A stretch of 33,764 nt of DNA from a bacterium (GTDB taxonomy: Bacteria > Patescibacteriota > Saccharimonadia > UBA4664): the NCBI GenBank assembly GCA_027449805.1, contig DAIDKY010000001.1, positions 1-33,764 of the forward strand, in the 5' to 3' direction. Below, piece after piece: positions 6,782 to 16,077 of this stretch. Position numbers and translations under genes: made by a program. Below the pieces are notes generated by a model, which did no database searches, was not told the origin of the DNA, and was given only the letters and a program-made list of their open reading frames with translations. How positions within the stretch are numbered: position 1 is the stretch's first letter; the number at the start of each line of letters is the position of its first letter.

Positions 6782-8012
6782 GATCAATCCGTCCCCGCCG
6801 GAGGTCATGCATATAGACCTCAACTCGGCCTTCGCTATGACCGAGCAGCAGGCTAACCCGTTGCTGCGCGGCAGGCCCGTCGGGATAACCAATAGGCTCA
6901 ACGACTATGCTATCTGTATCGCGGCTTCGTATGAGGCTAAGGCGTGCGGAATAAATCTTGGTACGCGTAATCGCGATGCCCGCTATCGGGTACCGGGTTT
7001 TGTGATGCTCGAATCCGATCCGGCTAAGTATCAATATGTTCATCGTCAGCTAAAAGCTATCTTTCAGGACTATTCGCCGACGGCTCAGATGAAGAGTATC
7101 GACGAGGGCGTGATTGATTTTCGTAAGATGCAGGGTATCCTCAAGGGGCGTTCGCTCGAAGATATCGGGCGCGAGATCAAGCTCCGCATACGCCAGGAGA
7201 TCGGTGATTATATGACCGTCAACGTCGGTATCGGACAGAATCGTTGGATGGCCAAGCTGGCGGCCGGTTTCATGAAGCCGGACGGCCTCTATACGATCGA
7301 CAGTTCGAACCTTGAGCTTACCTATAGCTTGCTGCATTTAACCGAGCTGCCCTATATCGCTAGCCGCATGAAAGTACGCCTAAACGAGGCGGGCATCTAT
7401 ACCCCGTATGAGTTTCTCCATACGCCCGAACAGGTTCTTACCAAGCAGGTCTTTAGGAGTATCAACGGGCATCATTGGTATCTCAAGCTGCGAGGCTATG
7501 AGACCGACTTTGAAACGGGTATCCGCACGGTGGGGCGAAGCTATGTCTTGGAGCATCGCACGGCCGATCCCAAGGAGTTGGCGGCTCTGTGGTTTACGTC
7601 GGCGGTCAAGATCGCTCGGCGTTTGGGGCGCAACAATTTAGCAGCTCGAGGTCTATTACTCTACCTGAGGTACAAGGAGCCGCCTTACGGCTGGCACGAA
7701 CGCAAGATGTATCACGAGGCGGTACGGCGCGGTGATCAGCTCTACCGGCGGGCGCTCGACCTGTTTGCCCAGAGCCCGCCAGATCTAGAGGTTACGGCTA
7801 TGGCCATGACGGCTTATGCGGTAGAACCCTATCGAGCCCATCAGTTGCAACTCTACGATGATCAGGGACCAAGACAAGAAAGGCTTGAAGACGCCATAAA
7901 TAAGCTAAACGATCGTTATGGCGAGTTGGCGGTGGTGCCAGCTGGCGCTTGGGCATCGCGCAACCCGATGAAAGACAAGATCCCCTTTGGAACAATTCGT
8001 TATTTTGATTAG
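6771..8012 (+). CDS. Y-family (UmuC/DinB-like) translesion DNA polymerase
   Basis: HIDLNSAFAMTEQ (catalytic Asp16, UmuC-like D-x-N-S), SIDEGVIDF (Asp111/Glu112), candidate clamp-binding QLQLY (nt 7842-7856), and a UmuC-type C-terminal tail LNDRYG…W. An alternative start is ATG 6807. Confidence 0.85.
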   Translation: MELEINPSPPEVMHIDLNSAFAMTEQQANPLLRGRPVGITNRLNDYAICIAASYEAKACGINLGTRNRDARYRVPGFVMLESDPAKYQYVHRQLKAIFQDYSPTAQMKSIDEGVIDFRKMQGILKGRSLEDIGREIKLRIRQEIGDYMTVNVGIGQNRWMAKLAAGFMKPDGLYTIDSSNLELTYSLLHLTELPYIASRMKVRLNEAGIYTPYEFLHTPEQVLTKQVFRSINGHHWYLKLRGYETDFETGIRTVGRSYVLEHRTADPKELAALWFTSAVKIARRLGRNNLAARGLLLYLRYKEPPYGWHERKMYHEAVRRGDQLYRRALDLFAQSPPDLEVTAMAMTAYAVEPYRAHQLQLYDDQGPRQERLEDAINKLNDRYGELAVVPAGAWASRNPMKDKIPFGTIRYFD

Positions 8013-8038
8013 TGAATTCAGGATATACTAGAAGTATT

Positions 8039-9217
8039 ATGTCGTTTAATCTGCTCGACCTCCTCATCCTGGCTGTTGTCATCTATGCCATAGTGCGCGG
8101 GGCAAAGACCGGCCTATCGCGTCAGTTCTTCTCTTTGGGCGGCTTTCTGCTCGGCTTGATCATCGGTGCATTCATTGCGCCCTACATTAGCAAGTTGGTG
8201 AGTAACCCGATGGGCAAAGAAGTAATTATCATTGCCGTGGTGCTTAGCTGTACGGCGATCTTTAGCGGCTTGGGCGAGTATATCGGCGTGGTTCTGGCAA
8301 AACAGGAGAGACAACTTCATTTAGGGCGCGTCGACAACATTCTAGGTGCAGTCTTTGGGGCGGTTATGGTTTTAGTCGGTGCCTGGCTGATCGCCGGAAT
8401 GCTTATCGGAACTCCGTACCAATCGCTAAATCGTCTCTTAAACGGGTCAGGAACGATCCGGTTGCTCGATGAGACTCTCCCGCCGGCGCCGTCGATTCTG
8501 TCACGCCTCGAGCGCTTAGTTAATCCGAATGGCTTCCCTCAGGTATTCACGGGCTTAGAACCGGCTCCGTCGGGTCCGATCGTGCCGGCAACGGCCGCTC
8601 AGGTAGCGAGTGCCGTTAAGGCTGATAGAGCCTCAGTGGTAAAGATTCAAGGCTATGGTTGCGGCGGGCTGGTCAGCGGCTCTGGTTTTGTTGCTGCTCC
8701 GGGCATCGTAATGACGAACGCTCACGTTGTTGCCGGTATTGCCAACCCTGTCATAATCGATGCGTACGGCCGTCATACGGCAACGGTAGTCGAGTTTGAC
8801 CCGAGTATGGACGTTGCGGTACTAAGAGCCAACAATTTAGCCGGACCGGTTTTACGCCTTTCTCCTACCGAAGTGGCCCCGGGCACGCCGGCTGTGGTGC
8901 TGGGCTATCCGGGCGGGGGAGTCTTTACGGCCGGTGAGGCTGGTGTCATTGATGAACGTTTGGCGACGGGGCGAACGATCTACAACACCGGTATTACAAC
9001 TCGTGAAATCTATGAGCTTCAGGCGGTGGTAGAACCGGGAAATTCCGGCGGACCGCTCGTCCTGCCGGATGGTACCGTTATCGGCATAGTCTTTGCGCGT
9101 TCCGAAACCAATCCCGACATCGGCTACGCTCTGACCTTTAAGGAAGTACAATCGCAGTTGATCGCCGGCGAGAACAGCCAAGGAAGTACAGGTACTGGTG
9201 CGTGCGCTGCTGATTAG
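8039..9217 (+). CDS. CvpA-family membrane domain fused to a trypsin-like (S1) serine protease (MarP-like architecture)
   Basis: The N-terminus has 4 TM and is CvpA-like (FNLLDLLILAVVIYAIVRGAKTGL). The catalytic triad contexts are TNAHVV, DVAVLRA and GNSGGP. I chose ATG 8039 over the track's GTG 8012. Confidence 0.8.
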   Translation: MSFNLLDLLILAVVIYAIVRGAKTGLSRQFFSLGGFLLGLIIGAFIAPYISKLVSNPMGKEVIIIAVVLSCTAIFSGLGEYIGVVLAKQERQLHLGRVDNILGAVFGAVMVLVGAWLIAGMLIGTPYQSLNRLLNGSGTIRLLDETLPPAPSILSRLERLVNPNGFPQVFTGLEPAPSGPIVPATAAQVASAVKADRASVVKIQGYGCGGLVSGSGFVAAPGIVMTNAHVVAGIANPVIIDAYGRHTATVVEFDPSMDVAVLRANNLAGPVLRLSPTEVAPGTPAVVLGYPGGGVFTAGEAGVIDERLATGRTIYNTGITTREIYELQAVVEPGNSGGPLVLPDGTVIGIVFARSETNPDIGYALTFKEVQSQLIAGENSQGSTGTGACAAD

Positions 9218-9224
9218 CCGGTAA

Positions 9225-9233
9225 TGCTACACT
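9225..9233 (+). promoter_or_regulatory. extended -10 element TGcTACACT, 6 nt before the trxB ATG (leaderless geometry)
   Basis: The intergenic gap is 22 nt and has no Shine-Dalgarno. The spacing is the same as at 2365-2382. Confidence 0.45.
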
Positions 9234-9239
9234 AGGATT

Positions 9240-10154
9240 ATGAAGAACGATTACGACCTTGTTATTATCGGCGCCGGACCAGCAGGTCTGGCCGCTGCTA
9301 TTTATGCTGCCCGCGAAGACATTAAGGTTCTTGTTCTGGAGAAGTCAGTCGTTGGTGGACTTGCGGCGATTACTGATCAGATAGATAACTACCCGGGGTT
9401 TGCTGACGGCATCAGCGGTATAGAATTGGCTGATCATCTCGAAGCGCAAGCAAAACGTTTTGGAGCGGAGATCCGTACTGGAGCTGAAGCCCAATCGATT
9501 GAACGTGACAACGGGGATCTTTCGGTAAAAACTAGTCTAGGCGCGCTGCGCGCAAAGTCAGTACTTGTCGCTACGGGCTCGACCTATCGGCAGCTCGGTG
9601 TTCCGGGAGAGGCCGAGCAGATCGGTAAGGGGGTGCATTTCTGTGCAACCTGCGACGGTCCGATTTATAAAGGGCGTGAATTGGTGGTTGTCGGCGGCGG
9701 CAACTCGGCGGTTCAGGAGACACTATTTTTGGCTCGTTTTGCCAGTAAAATCACAATGCTTGTAAGAGGTCACAAGCTTACGGCATCGGCCATTCTGATC
9801 GATCAGCTTAATGAGCTGTCGAATGTTACGGTTGTATACAATTCCCCGATCGACTCAATTGCATCCGAGAACGGCCGAGTAAAATCGGTTATATCGGGCA
9901 GCACCCATTACGACTGCGACGGCGTCTTCGTGTTTATTGGTCTCCTGGCCAATACCGAGGAATTCGTTCATTTGATCGATCATGACGAGCGTAACTTTCT
10001 CAAGACCGATCGTAACTACGCAACAAACCTACCAGGCGTTTTTGTCGCGGGTGATGTGCGCAGCGAATCAACCTGGCAGATTGCTGCCGCCGTGGGCGAG
10101 GGAGCCAGTGCGGCTTTAGCTATTCGGCAGTATCTCGATAAGATTAAGCGGTAG
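9240..10154 (+). CDS. trxB: thioredoxin-disulfide reductase
   Basis: 304 aa. It has the FAD motif GAGPAGLAAAIYAAR, the redox-active CATCDG and the NADPH motif GGGNSA. Confidence 0.9.
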   Translation: MKNDYDLVIIGAGPAGLAAAIYAAREDIKVLVLEKSVVGGLAAITDQIDNYPGFADGISGIELADHLEAQAKRFGAEIRTGAEAQSIERDNGDLSVKTSLGALRAKSVLVATGSTYRQLGVPGEAEQIGKGVHFCATCDGPIYKGRELVVVGGGNSAVQETLFLARFASKITMLVRGHKLTASAILIDQLNELSNVTVVYNSPIDSIASENGRVKSVISGSTHYDCDGVFVFIGLLANTEEFVHLIDHDERNFLKTDRNYATNLPGVFVAGDVRSESTWQIAAAVGEGASAALAIRQYLDKIKR

Positions 10155-10554
10155 CGTGTTCGGCAGCTTCGGCGGCGTCAGCATCGGCCTTGGTGTTGTG
10201 CACTGTACCATCCGGATGCTCTGCGGGAGAGTAGATCGAATAGAGTTTTAGCGCGTCACTGCCGACGTTAACGACGTTGTGCCATGTGCCGGCCGGTACA
10301 ATAATCGCCCAGTCGTCCTCGGCATCATATGTCTCTTCGACTGCATCCGCGGTTGTGCCTAGATCAACTCTTGCTTTTCCCTGTTCGATACGCAAGAACT
10401 GGTCATGATCTTCGTGAACTTCATTGCCGATCTCCTCGCCCGGTTGAATCGTCATTACGGTCAGCTGGCTGTATTTACCGGTATGCAAGACTGTTCGAAA
10501 AGTCTCGTTATCCAGCGTAATTTGTTCGATGTTTTTTACCCATCCTAGTGCCAT
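10144..10554 (-). CDS. cupin-domain protein
   Basis: It has the cupin metal-motif region GEEIGNEVHEDHDQFLRIEQG. The start is set at ATG 10554, which has RBS AAGGAG 6 nt upstream. The 3' end overlaps trxB convergently by 11 nt. Confidence 0.7.
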   Translation of the reverse strand: MALGWVKNIEQITLDNETFRTVLHTGKYSQLTVMTIQPGEEIGNEVHEDHDQFLRIEQGKARVDLGTTADAVEETYDAEDDWAIIVPAGTWHNVVNVGSDALKLYSIYSPAEHPDGTVHNTKADADAAEAAEHATA

Positions 10555-10662
10555 AATCGTTCTCCTTGTAGTTTGATTGCGTAATAGGCTAATAATAACC
10601 AAACCGGTCAGGTTGCGTAATGGTGATTGTTACAATCAGTCGACTTGGGTACAATACCCCTT

Positions 10663-12063
10663 ATGAAAGCAATCACTGTCATTGAATCGAACAAGGCTGT
10701 CGGCCAGAAGGTAGTCGTTCGCGGTTGGGTCCACACCGTTCGTGACATGGGCAAGATAACCTTTGTCGATCTGCGTGATCAGACCGGTCTGCTACAAGTT
10801 GTCATTTCCGGAGACATGGAGGCGCCGCGGCTGGGCGTCGAATACGTCGTAGAGATCGAGGGCGAAGTACGCAAGCGCGGCGAGCGATTTATTAACCATA
10901 AATTGGCGACAGGCGAAGTTGAGATTGGGGCGACCTCGGTTAAGGTGCTAAGCGAGAGCGCCGAGCTGCCGTTTGAGATCAAGAACGATACGATCGGGAT
11001 CAACGAGGAACTACGCCTAAAACACCGTTACCTCGATCTACGCAGCGAGCGAATGGCCAAGAATCTGCGATTGCGGCACAGTGTCATTAAATTCATACGC
11101 GATTATCTTGACGCGGAGGGGTTCATCGAAGTTGAGACGCCGATGCTCAACAAAGGCACGCCCGAAGGTGCGCGAGAGTTTCTGGTACCGAGCCGCCTCC
11201 ACGCCGAAGAGTTCTATGTATTGCCCCAGAGCCCGCAGCAGTTCAAGCAGCTCCTAATGGTAGGGGGCATCGGTAAGTACTTCCAGATCGCGCGTAGTTT
11301 CCGCGATGAAGACCAGAGAGGCGACCGCCAGCCGGAGTTCACCCAGCTAGATATGGAGATGAGCTTCGTTGGCCAGGAGGAGGTGCTCGCTCTTAACGAG
11401 GCTATGCTAGTCGAGCTTATCGCCAAGGTTACTCCCGAGAAGCACATAACGAGCACGCCCTTCCCGCGTCTAACCTATGCCGAGGCGATGGAGAAGTATG
11501 GTACTGATAAGCCTGATCTGCGCAAGGATAAAGCCGACCCCAACGAGCTGGCTATCTGCTGGGTAGTTGACTTTCCGATGTTCGAGAAGAACAAAACGAC
11601 CGGTAAGATCGACGCCGCCCATCATCCGTTCACGGCGCCAAAAGTTGAGGACTTGGATAAGCTGGAGAGTGATCCGCTGAATGTTCGTGCAGACTCCTAC
11701 GACCTCGTAATAAACGGTTTTGAGCTCTCTAGCGGTTCGGTTCGTATCCATGAACCCGAGCTCCAGCAAAGAGTCTTTAAGGCCCTAGGTATGAAAGATA
11801 GCGAAATTGAAGCTAAGTTCGGTCATATGATAGAGGCCTTTAAGTTCGGTGCACCGCCTCATGCCGGTATGGCTCCGGGGATCGATCGACTCATCATGGT
11901 TCTGGCTAATGAGCCGAACATTCGCGAGGTTATGGCCTTTCCAAAGACAGGCGACGCGCGCGATCCATTAACCGGAGCGCCTGCCCGTGTTGCCGATTCC
12001 GCCCTTGATGAAGCTCATATCAAGACTGTACCGACAAAAAAACCAAAAGTTAAACCTATTTAA
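10663..12063 (+). CDS. aspS: aspartyl-tRNA synthetase, bacterial-type core but lacking the GAD insertion domain
   Basis: 466 aa from ATG 10663. It has an OB-fold N-terminus, motif 2 FRDEDQRGDRQPEFTQLDMEMSF and motif 3 GMAPGIDRL. GTDKPDLR is joined within about 12 aa to WVVDFPMFE. Confidence 0.9.
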   Translation: MKAITVIESNKAVGQKVVVRGWVHTVRDMGKITFVDLRDQTGLLQVVISGDMEAPRLGVEYVVEIEGEVRKRGERFINHKLATGEVEIGATSVKVLSESAELPFEIKNDTIGINEELRLKHRYLDLRSERMAKNLRLRHSVIKFIRDYLDAEGFIEVETPMLNKGTPEGAREFLVPSRLHAEEFYVLPQSPQQFKQLLMVGGIGKYFQIARSFRDEDQRGDRQPEFTQLDMEMSFVGQEEVLALNEAMLVELIAKVTPEKHITSTPFPRLTYAEAMEKYGTDKPDLRKDKADPNELAICWVVDFPMFEKNKTTGKIDAAHHPFTAPKVEDLDKLESDPLNVRADSYDLVINGFELSSGSVRIHEPELQQRVFKALGMKDSEIEAKFGHMIEAFKFGAPPHAGMAPGIDRLIMVLANEPNIREVMAFPKTGDARDPLTGAPARVADSALDEAHIKTVPTKKPKVKPI

Positions 12064-12096
12064 CGCAGACCGTTAGTTGGCTTACTAAGCCATTTA

Positions 12097-12105
12097 TGTT
12101 AGAAT
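12097..12105 (+). promoter_or_regulatory. extended -10 element TGtTAGAAT upstream of typA
   Basis: Sequence match in the aspS-typA intergenic region. Confidence 0.45.
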
Positions 12106-12171
12106 AATGCTAATCATTTATTAACGATGCGCCTCTCGTGCAGCCCGAGGCGTGTTTTATTGGAAACAGAT

Positions 12172-14001
12172 ATGACACCCACCGACAAGATTCGTAACGT
12201 AGCAATCATTGCCCACGTCGACCACGGGAAGACCACCCTTGTAGACGGCCTTTTAAAGCAGTCAAAGACATTTCGTGATAATCAAGCAGAGATGAATCAG
12301 ACGACAATTCTTGATACGGGCGATCTCGAGAGAGAACGCGGGATTACGATTTCGGCAAAGACTACAGCCGTTACCTATGACGGTTACAAGATCAACATTA
12401 TTGATACGCCGGGCCATGCTGACTTCTCTGGTGAAGTTGAGCGAACGCTTGGTATGGCCGACGGCTGCCTTTTGATCGTCGATGCCCAGGAAGGCCCGAT
12501 GCCGCAAACCAAGTTCGTCTTGCGCAAGGCTCTTCAATTGGGTCTGCGTCCGATCGTCGTCATTAATAAGATCGATAAACGCGACGCTCGTCCGGACGAG
12601 GTTATCGACGAGGTCGGCAGCCTTTTCCTAGATCTTGCGACCGATGATGATCAGCTTGAGTTCCCGGTTTATTATTCGATTGGGCGCGAAGGCAAAGCCT
12701 GGGACAACCGCCCGAGCGAAACCGAGGCCGAAGCGTCGGGAGATCTATCGGTTATCTTCAAAGCAATTATTGAGCATGTACCGGCTCCTCGCGTAAAATC
12801 TGATGGCCCGTTCCAGATGCTGGTTACGTCGCTTGCTTGGGATACCTACCAGGGCAAGTATGCTATTGGTCGTATCCAACGAGGCAAAGCAATTGCCGGC
12901 ATGCCCCTGGCACTTATTCAACGTGACGGCAAGATTGTAAAGGTCAAGGCGGATAAATTATTCGTTGCTCAAGGGCTGGAGCGAGTTGAGGCGGCCGAAG
13001 TACCGGCTGGCGACATCGTCTGGATCACCGGCATTAATGAATCACAGATCGGCGAGACGCTTGCGGATATAGAAACACCCGAGGCGTTGCCGGTAATGGA
13101 GATCGAGCCTCCTACACTTCAAATTGCCATGGGACCGAATACGTCGCCATTTGCCGGTCGCGAAGGCAAGTTTACAACTTCGCGCCAAATCGGCGCGCGT
13201 CTACAGCGCGAGCTGGAGACCAACGTCGGGTTACGAATTGTGGAGCAGGGCGTAAACTTCCTCGTCTCCGGCCGCGGCGAACTTCATTTATCGGTCCTGA
13301 TCGAGACCTTACGCCGCGAGGGTTTTGAGCTAGAAGTCGGTCGTCCGCAGGTTGTTGTTCGTGAGACCAACGGCGTTAAAGAAGAGCCGGTCGAGGAACT
13401 TACCGTCGAAGTCTCCGAGGAGCATGCCGGGGCCGTTACAAGCGAACTTGGGCGTCGTCGTGCGACGTTACTCGAGATGGCTCCGACCGGCAAGGGTACA
13501 CAGTCGCTCATTTACCGTCTGCCGACACGAGCGCTTCTCGGACTACGTAACATCCTTCTGTCGGCTACCAAGGGTACAGCCACCGTCAACTCGCTTTTGA
13601 TTGGCTATGAGCCCCTAGGAACGCCTCTGCAACAACTGCGTAATGGAGTACTCCTTTCGGCCGAGACCGGCGTTGCTACCGTATACAGCCTAAAAACCGT
13701 GGAAGAGCGCGGCACTGCTTATATTGGACCAGGAACCAAGGTTTACGAAGGTATGATCATCGGTCTAAATCGTCGCAGCGAGGATATGGAGATCAACGTT
13801 ACAAAAGAGAAAAAACTGACTAACGTGCGGGCTTCCTCGACCGATATGACAACTCAGCTGACACCATTTACCGATTTAACCTTGGAAGAAGCCCTTGATT
13901 TTATAGAAAACGACGAGCTTCTCGAGGTCACACCCGAAAACCTGCGTATGCGAAAGCGTTATTTGACCGATAATGAGCGTCGCAAGCACCGTAATAAGTA
14001 A
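12172..14001 (+). CDS. typA: translational GTPase TypA/BipA
   Basis: [19 protein letters not shown] (G1), DTPGHADF (G3), NKIDK (G4), and a BipA-type C-terminal domain. The start is set at ATG 12172. Confidence 0.9.
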   Translation: MTPTDKIRNVAIIAHVDHGKTTLVDGLLKQSKTFRDNQAEMNQTTILDTGDLERERGITISAKTTAVTYDGYKINIIDTPGHADFSGEVERTLGMADGCLLIVDAQEGPMPQTKFVLRKALQLGLRPIVVINKIDKRDARPDEVIDEVGSLFLDLATDDDQLEFPVYYSIGREGKAWDNRPSETEAEASGDLSVIFKAIIEHVPAPRVKSDGPFQMLVTSLAWDTYQGKYAIGRIQRGKAIAGMPLALIQRDGKIVKVKADKLFVAQGLERVEAAEVPAGDIVWITGINESQIGETLADIETPEALPVMEIEPPTLQIAMGPNTSPFAGREGKFTTSRQIGARLQRELETNVGLRIVEQGVNFLVSGRGELHLSVLIETLRREGFELEVGRPQVVVRETNGVKEEPVEELTVEVSEEHAGAVTSELGRRRATLLEMAPTGKGTQSLIYRLPTRALLGLRNILLSATKGTATVNSLLIGYEPLGTPLQQLRNGVLLSAETGVATVYSLKTVEERGTAYIGPGTKVYEGMIIGLNRRSEDMEINVTKEKKLTNVRASSTDMTTQLTPFTDLTLEEALDFIENDELLEVTPENLRMRKRYLTDNERRKHRNK

Positions 14002-14010
14002 CATTTAAGA

Positions 14011-14039
14011 TTGACAAATCGTGATGCTTATGCTAATAT
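14011..14039 (+). promoter_or_regulatory. sigma70-type promoter TTGACA-17 nt-TAATAT with TGc extension
   Basis: -35 at 14011-16, a 17-nt spacer, TGc at 14031-33 and -10 at 14034-39. Confidence 0.7.
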
Positions 14040-14100
14040 AGTCACGATTCTGTACAAACAGGATTGATCACCCACATCGCGCTACAGGAGAGTGAGAATC

Positions 14101-14418
14101 ATGCAGCGGATTAAGAAGGTCGCAGCCAAGTTTGCATATTGGAACTTTGTCGTTTCTGGAGTCGTGCGCGACTTCGCAACGACCACCTACGGTCGTTTGA
14201 TCGTCAGGCTTGTCCTGTCGGCGACATTTCTTGTCGGAGGTGTCTATCTTGTCATGATGAGAAACCCGTTTGACGGGCCAGCAAGTTCGGATACTGCTTT
14301 CTGGGGTTCACTGGTCGCTGGTCTCGGAATTGGCTATCTCGGCCTGCGCATCCCCAATCGGACAATTCTTAGGCCTGCGATCCGTCAGTTTCGGGCTAGG
14401 CGTGGTTTGACCGAGTGA
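14101..14418 (+). CDS. small membrane protein (2-3 TM)
   Basis: RBS AGGAGA precedes ATG 14101. The ORF has a hydrophobic core. Confidence 0.6.
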   Translation: MQRIKKVAAKFAYWNFVVSGVVRDFATTTYGRLIVRLVLSATFLVGGVYLVMMRNPFDGPASSDTAFWGSLVAGLGIGYLGLRIPNRTILRPAIRQFRARRGLTE

Positions 14419-14420
14419 TG

Positions 14421-14472
14421 TGGGTGCCGGGTGGCGAATGGTGAGTAATCACCGTCGTCGCCCGGGCACCAC
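14421..14472 (+). repeat. long imperfect inverted repeat (stem of about 22 bp, loop gtaa)
   Basis: tgggtgccgggtggcgaatggtga / tcaccgtcgtcgcccgggcacca. It starts 3 nt after the stop codon. Confidence 0.6.
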
Positions 14473-14484
14473 TGCAATAATTAG

Positions 14485-14512
14485 AAAAGCCGCCCCCTGG
14501 GGTGGCTTTTTG
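14485..14512 (+). terminator. intrinsic terminator
   Basis: agccgccc (14488-95) pairs with gggtggct (14500-07), followed by a T-run. Confidence 0.85.
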
Positions 14513-14531
14513 CTGTACAATGTAGGTTAGT

Positions 14532-14975
14532 ATGATGCTTATGTTGAGACGTTTAATTTTGGTTTCGTTGGCCGGCGTGGCTTTGGCCGCAATACCGTTT
14601 GTCGCTCAAGCTGAGACGGGCCTCGTCTCTCCGAATAATTCTGCGAGCGTGCTTCAGCCGACGGCAAGCCAGTCGCTCCAAACTGGTGCCGATCAGGGTT
14701 CGGCTGCATCAGCCAGCTTCCTTAATGACGAATTAGTCGGTGGTCAGCAGTCACCTCAAGCCGATAATCCCGCAACAGCTTCGTTTCCCTGGGGTGATCT
14801 AGCAGCAGCTATACTCCTAGCATTAGGACTAGCTGGGCTTTTAATTATTCTATATCGCAGCCGGCCAAAAACGGTTACCGAGCCGGAGCCCATTAATCAG
14901 AGCCAGCCTGCAGCCAAGATAAAATCAAAATCAAAGACTAAATCCAAGTCGAAGTCTAAACCTAGGAAAAAGTAG
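14532..14975 (+). CDS. secreted/anchored low-complexity protein: signal peptide, C-terminal TM, polybasic (KS)n tail
   Basis: Signal-like N-terminus LILVSLAGVALAAIPFVAQA, TM segment AAAILLALGLAGLLIIL, and tail KIKSKSKTKSKSKSKPRKK. Confidence 0.65.
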   Translation: MMLMLRRLILVSLAGVALAAIPFVAQAETGLVSPNNSASVLQPTASQSLQTGADQGSAASASFLNDELVGGQQSPQADNPATASFPWGDLAAAILLALGLAGLLIILYRSRPKTVTEPEPINQSQPAAKIKSKSKTKSKSKSKPRKK

Positions 14976-14976
14976 G

Positions 14977-16077
14977 ATGGCGGTAAAACATCATCGTTTA
15001 GAGAAGAGCGAGGAGCGTTTACTGACGCTTCTCAATGCTATGACCGATGCTGCTATCGAGGTAGATACGAATGGTGAAATCCTACACTACAACGGAGCCG
15101 CATTATCGCTTCTTAACAGTCATGTCGACATTAAAGGGGAAAAACTAGATAAGCTGCTACCACTTAAGACTGAGAATGGCGACAAAATCACCTTTGCAGA
15201 ACTCGTTAAGGATGACCCGTCTGCGATAACGAGAAACGATCTTGTTACCGGTGACAAAAGCGAAGGTAATATGAACCTTGAATTAAAGTTGTCGCCGATT
15301 CGAATGACTAAACGTGGCCATCACCAGACCGAGGGCTATATGTTAGTGATACGCGATATCACCCGCCAGCGATCACTCGACGAAGAACGCGATGAGTTTA
15401 TTTCGGTTGCGTCCCATGAACTAAGAACTCCAGTTGCAATTGCCGAAGCCAACCTATCGACAGCACTGCTTCCGGGATTTACCGAGCTAGAACCAAAAGT
15501 TAGAGCGGTATTGAGCCAGGCTCACGATAATATTGTTTTCTTGGGCGAGTTAATTCACGATCTAACAACGCTATCTCGTGCTCAGCGCGACGATCTGCAT
15601 CCGGATTTCAGCTTGGTTGATCTCGGTGCTTTGGTAGTTAAATTGTGGCGAGATTATGCGGCCTTGGCCTCTAGTAAGGGTCTGGAGTTAGACTTTAAAC
15701 CGCCGACGAGTACGGTAAGCGCTGTTACAAGCGAAGAAGAGGTTAGGGAGATTTTACAAAATTTCATCACCAATGCTATTAAGTACACCGAAAAGGGTTC
15801 AGTTACTCTTTCTATACGACGACGCAGTGATAATACGGCTGAACTGGAAGTACGTGATACGGGTATCGGCATCTCGGCCTCTGATCAGAAGCGACTCTTT
15901 ACGAAGTTTTATCGCTCGGAGGATTACCGTACCCGAAGCACTACCGGTACAGGATTAGGCCTCTATATCGCACGAAAGCTTGCAGATCGGCTAGACGCAA
16001 CGATCGAACTCGACTCAAAACTAAATCAAGGTACATCATTCCGCTTGCTGTTGCCACAGCGCGGCCTTGATGAGTAA
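14977..16077 (+). CDS. soluble PAS-domain sensor histidine kinase
   Basis: H-box SHELRTP, N-box NAIKYT, G-boxes DTGIGI and GTGLGL, and no TM segment. It starts 1 nt after the upstream stop. Confidence 0.85.
   Translation: MAVKHHRLEKSEERLLTLLNAMTDAAIEVDTNGEILHYNGAALSLLNSHVDIKGEKLDKLLPLKTENGDKITFAELVKDDPSAITRNDLVTGDKSEGNMNLELKLSPIRMTKRGHHQTEGYMLVIRDITRQRSLDEERDEFISVASHELRTPVAIAEANLSTALLPGFTELEPKVRAVLSQAHDNIVFLGELIHDLTTLSRAQRDDLHPDFSLVDLGALVVKLWRDYAALASSKGLELDFKPPTSTVSAVTSEEEVREILQNFITNAIKYTEKGSVTLSIRRRSDNTAELEVRDTGIGISASDQKRLFTKFYRSEDYRTRSTTGTGLGLYIARKLADRLDATIELDSKLNQGTSFRLLLPQRGLDE

Noticed and set aside
8012-8038. GTG 8012 as the start of the CvpA-protease gene, overlapping the polymerase stop by 1 nt.
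   Set aside because: The extra MNSGYTRSI residues precede the conserved CvpA N-terminus. They also overlap a TATACT -10-like box (8024-8029). ATG 8039 fits better, though the longer form cannot be excluded.
10144-10154. The 11-nt convergent overlap of the trxB and cupin gene ends as a regulatory feature.
   Set aside because: Short 3'-3' overlaps are common in compact genomes. No associated structure or motif was seen.
14910-14972. Tandem nucleotide repeat (aaatc/aagtc units), and the Ala-codon run in rplL (25290-25350), as possible CRISPR or satellite repeats.
   Set aside because: Both are in-frame coding low complexity, namely the (KS)n tail and the L7/L12 Ala-rich hinge. There is no repeat-spacer architecture.
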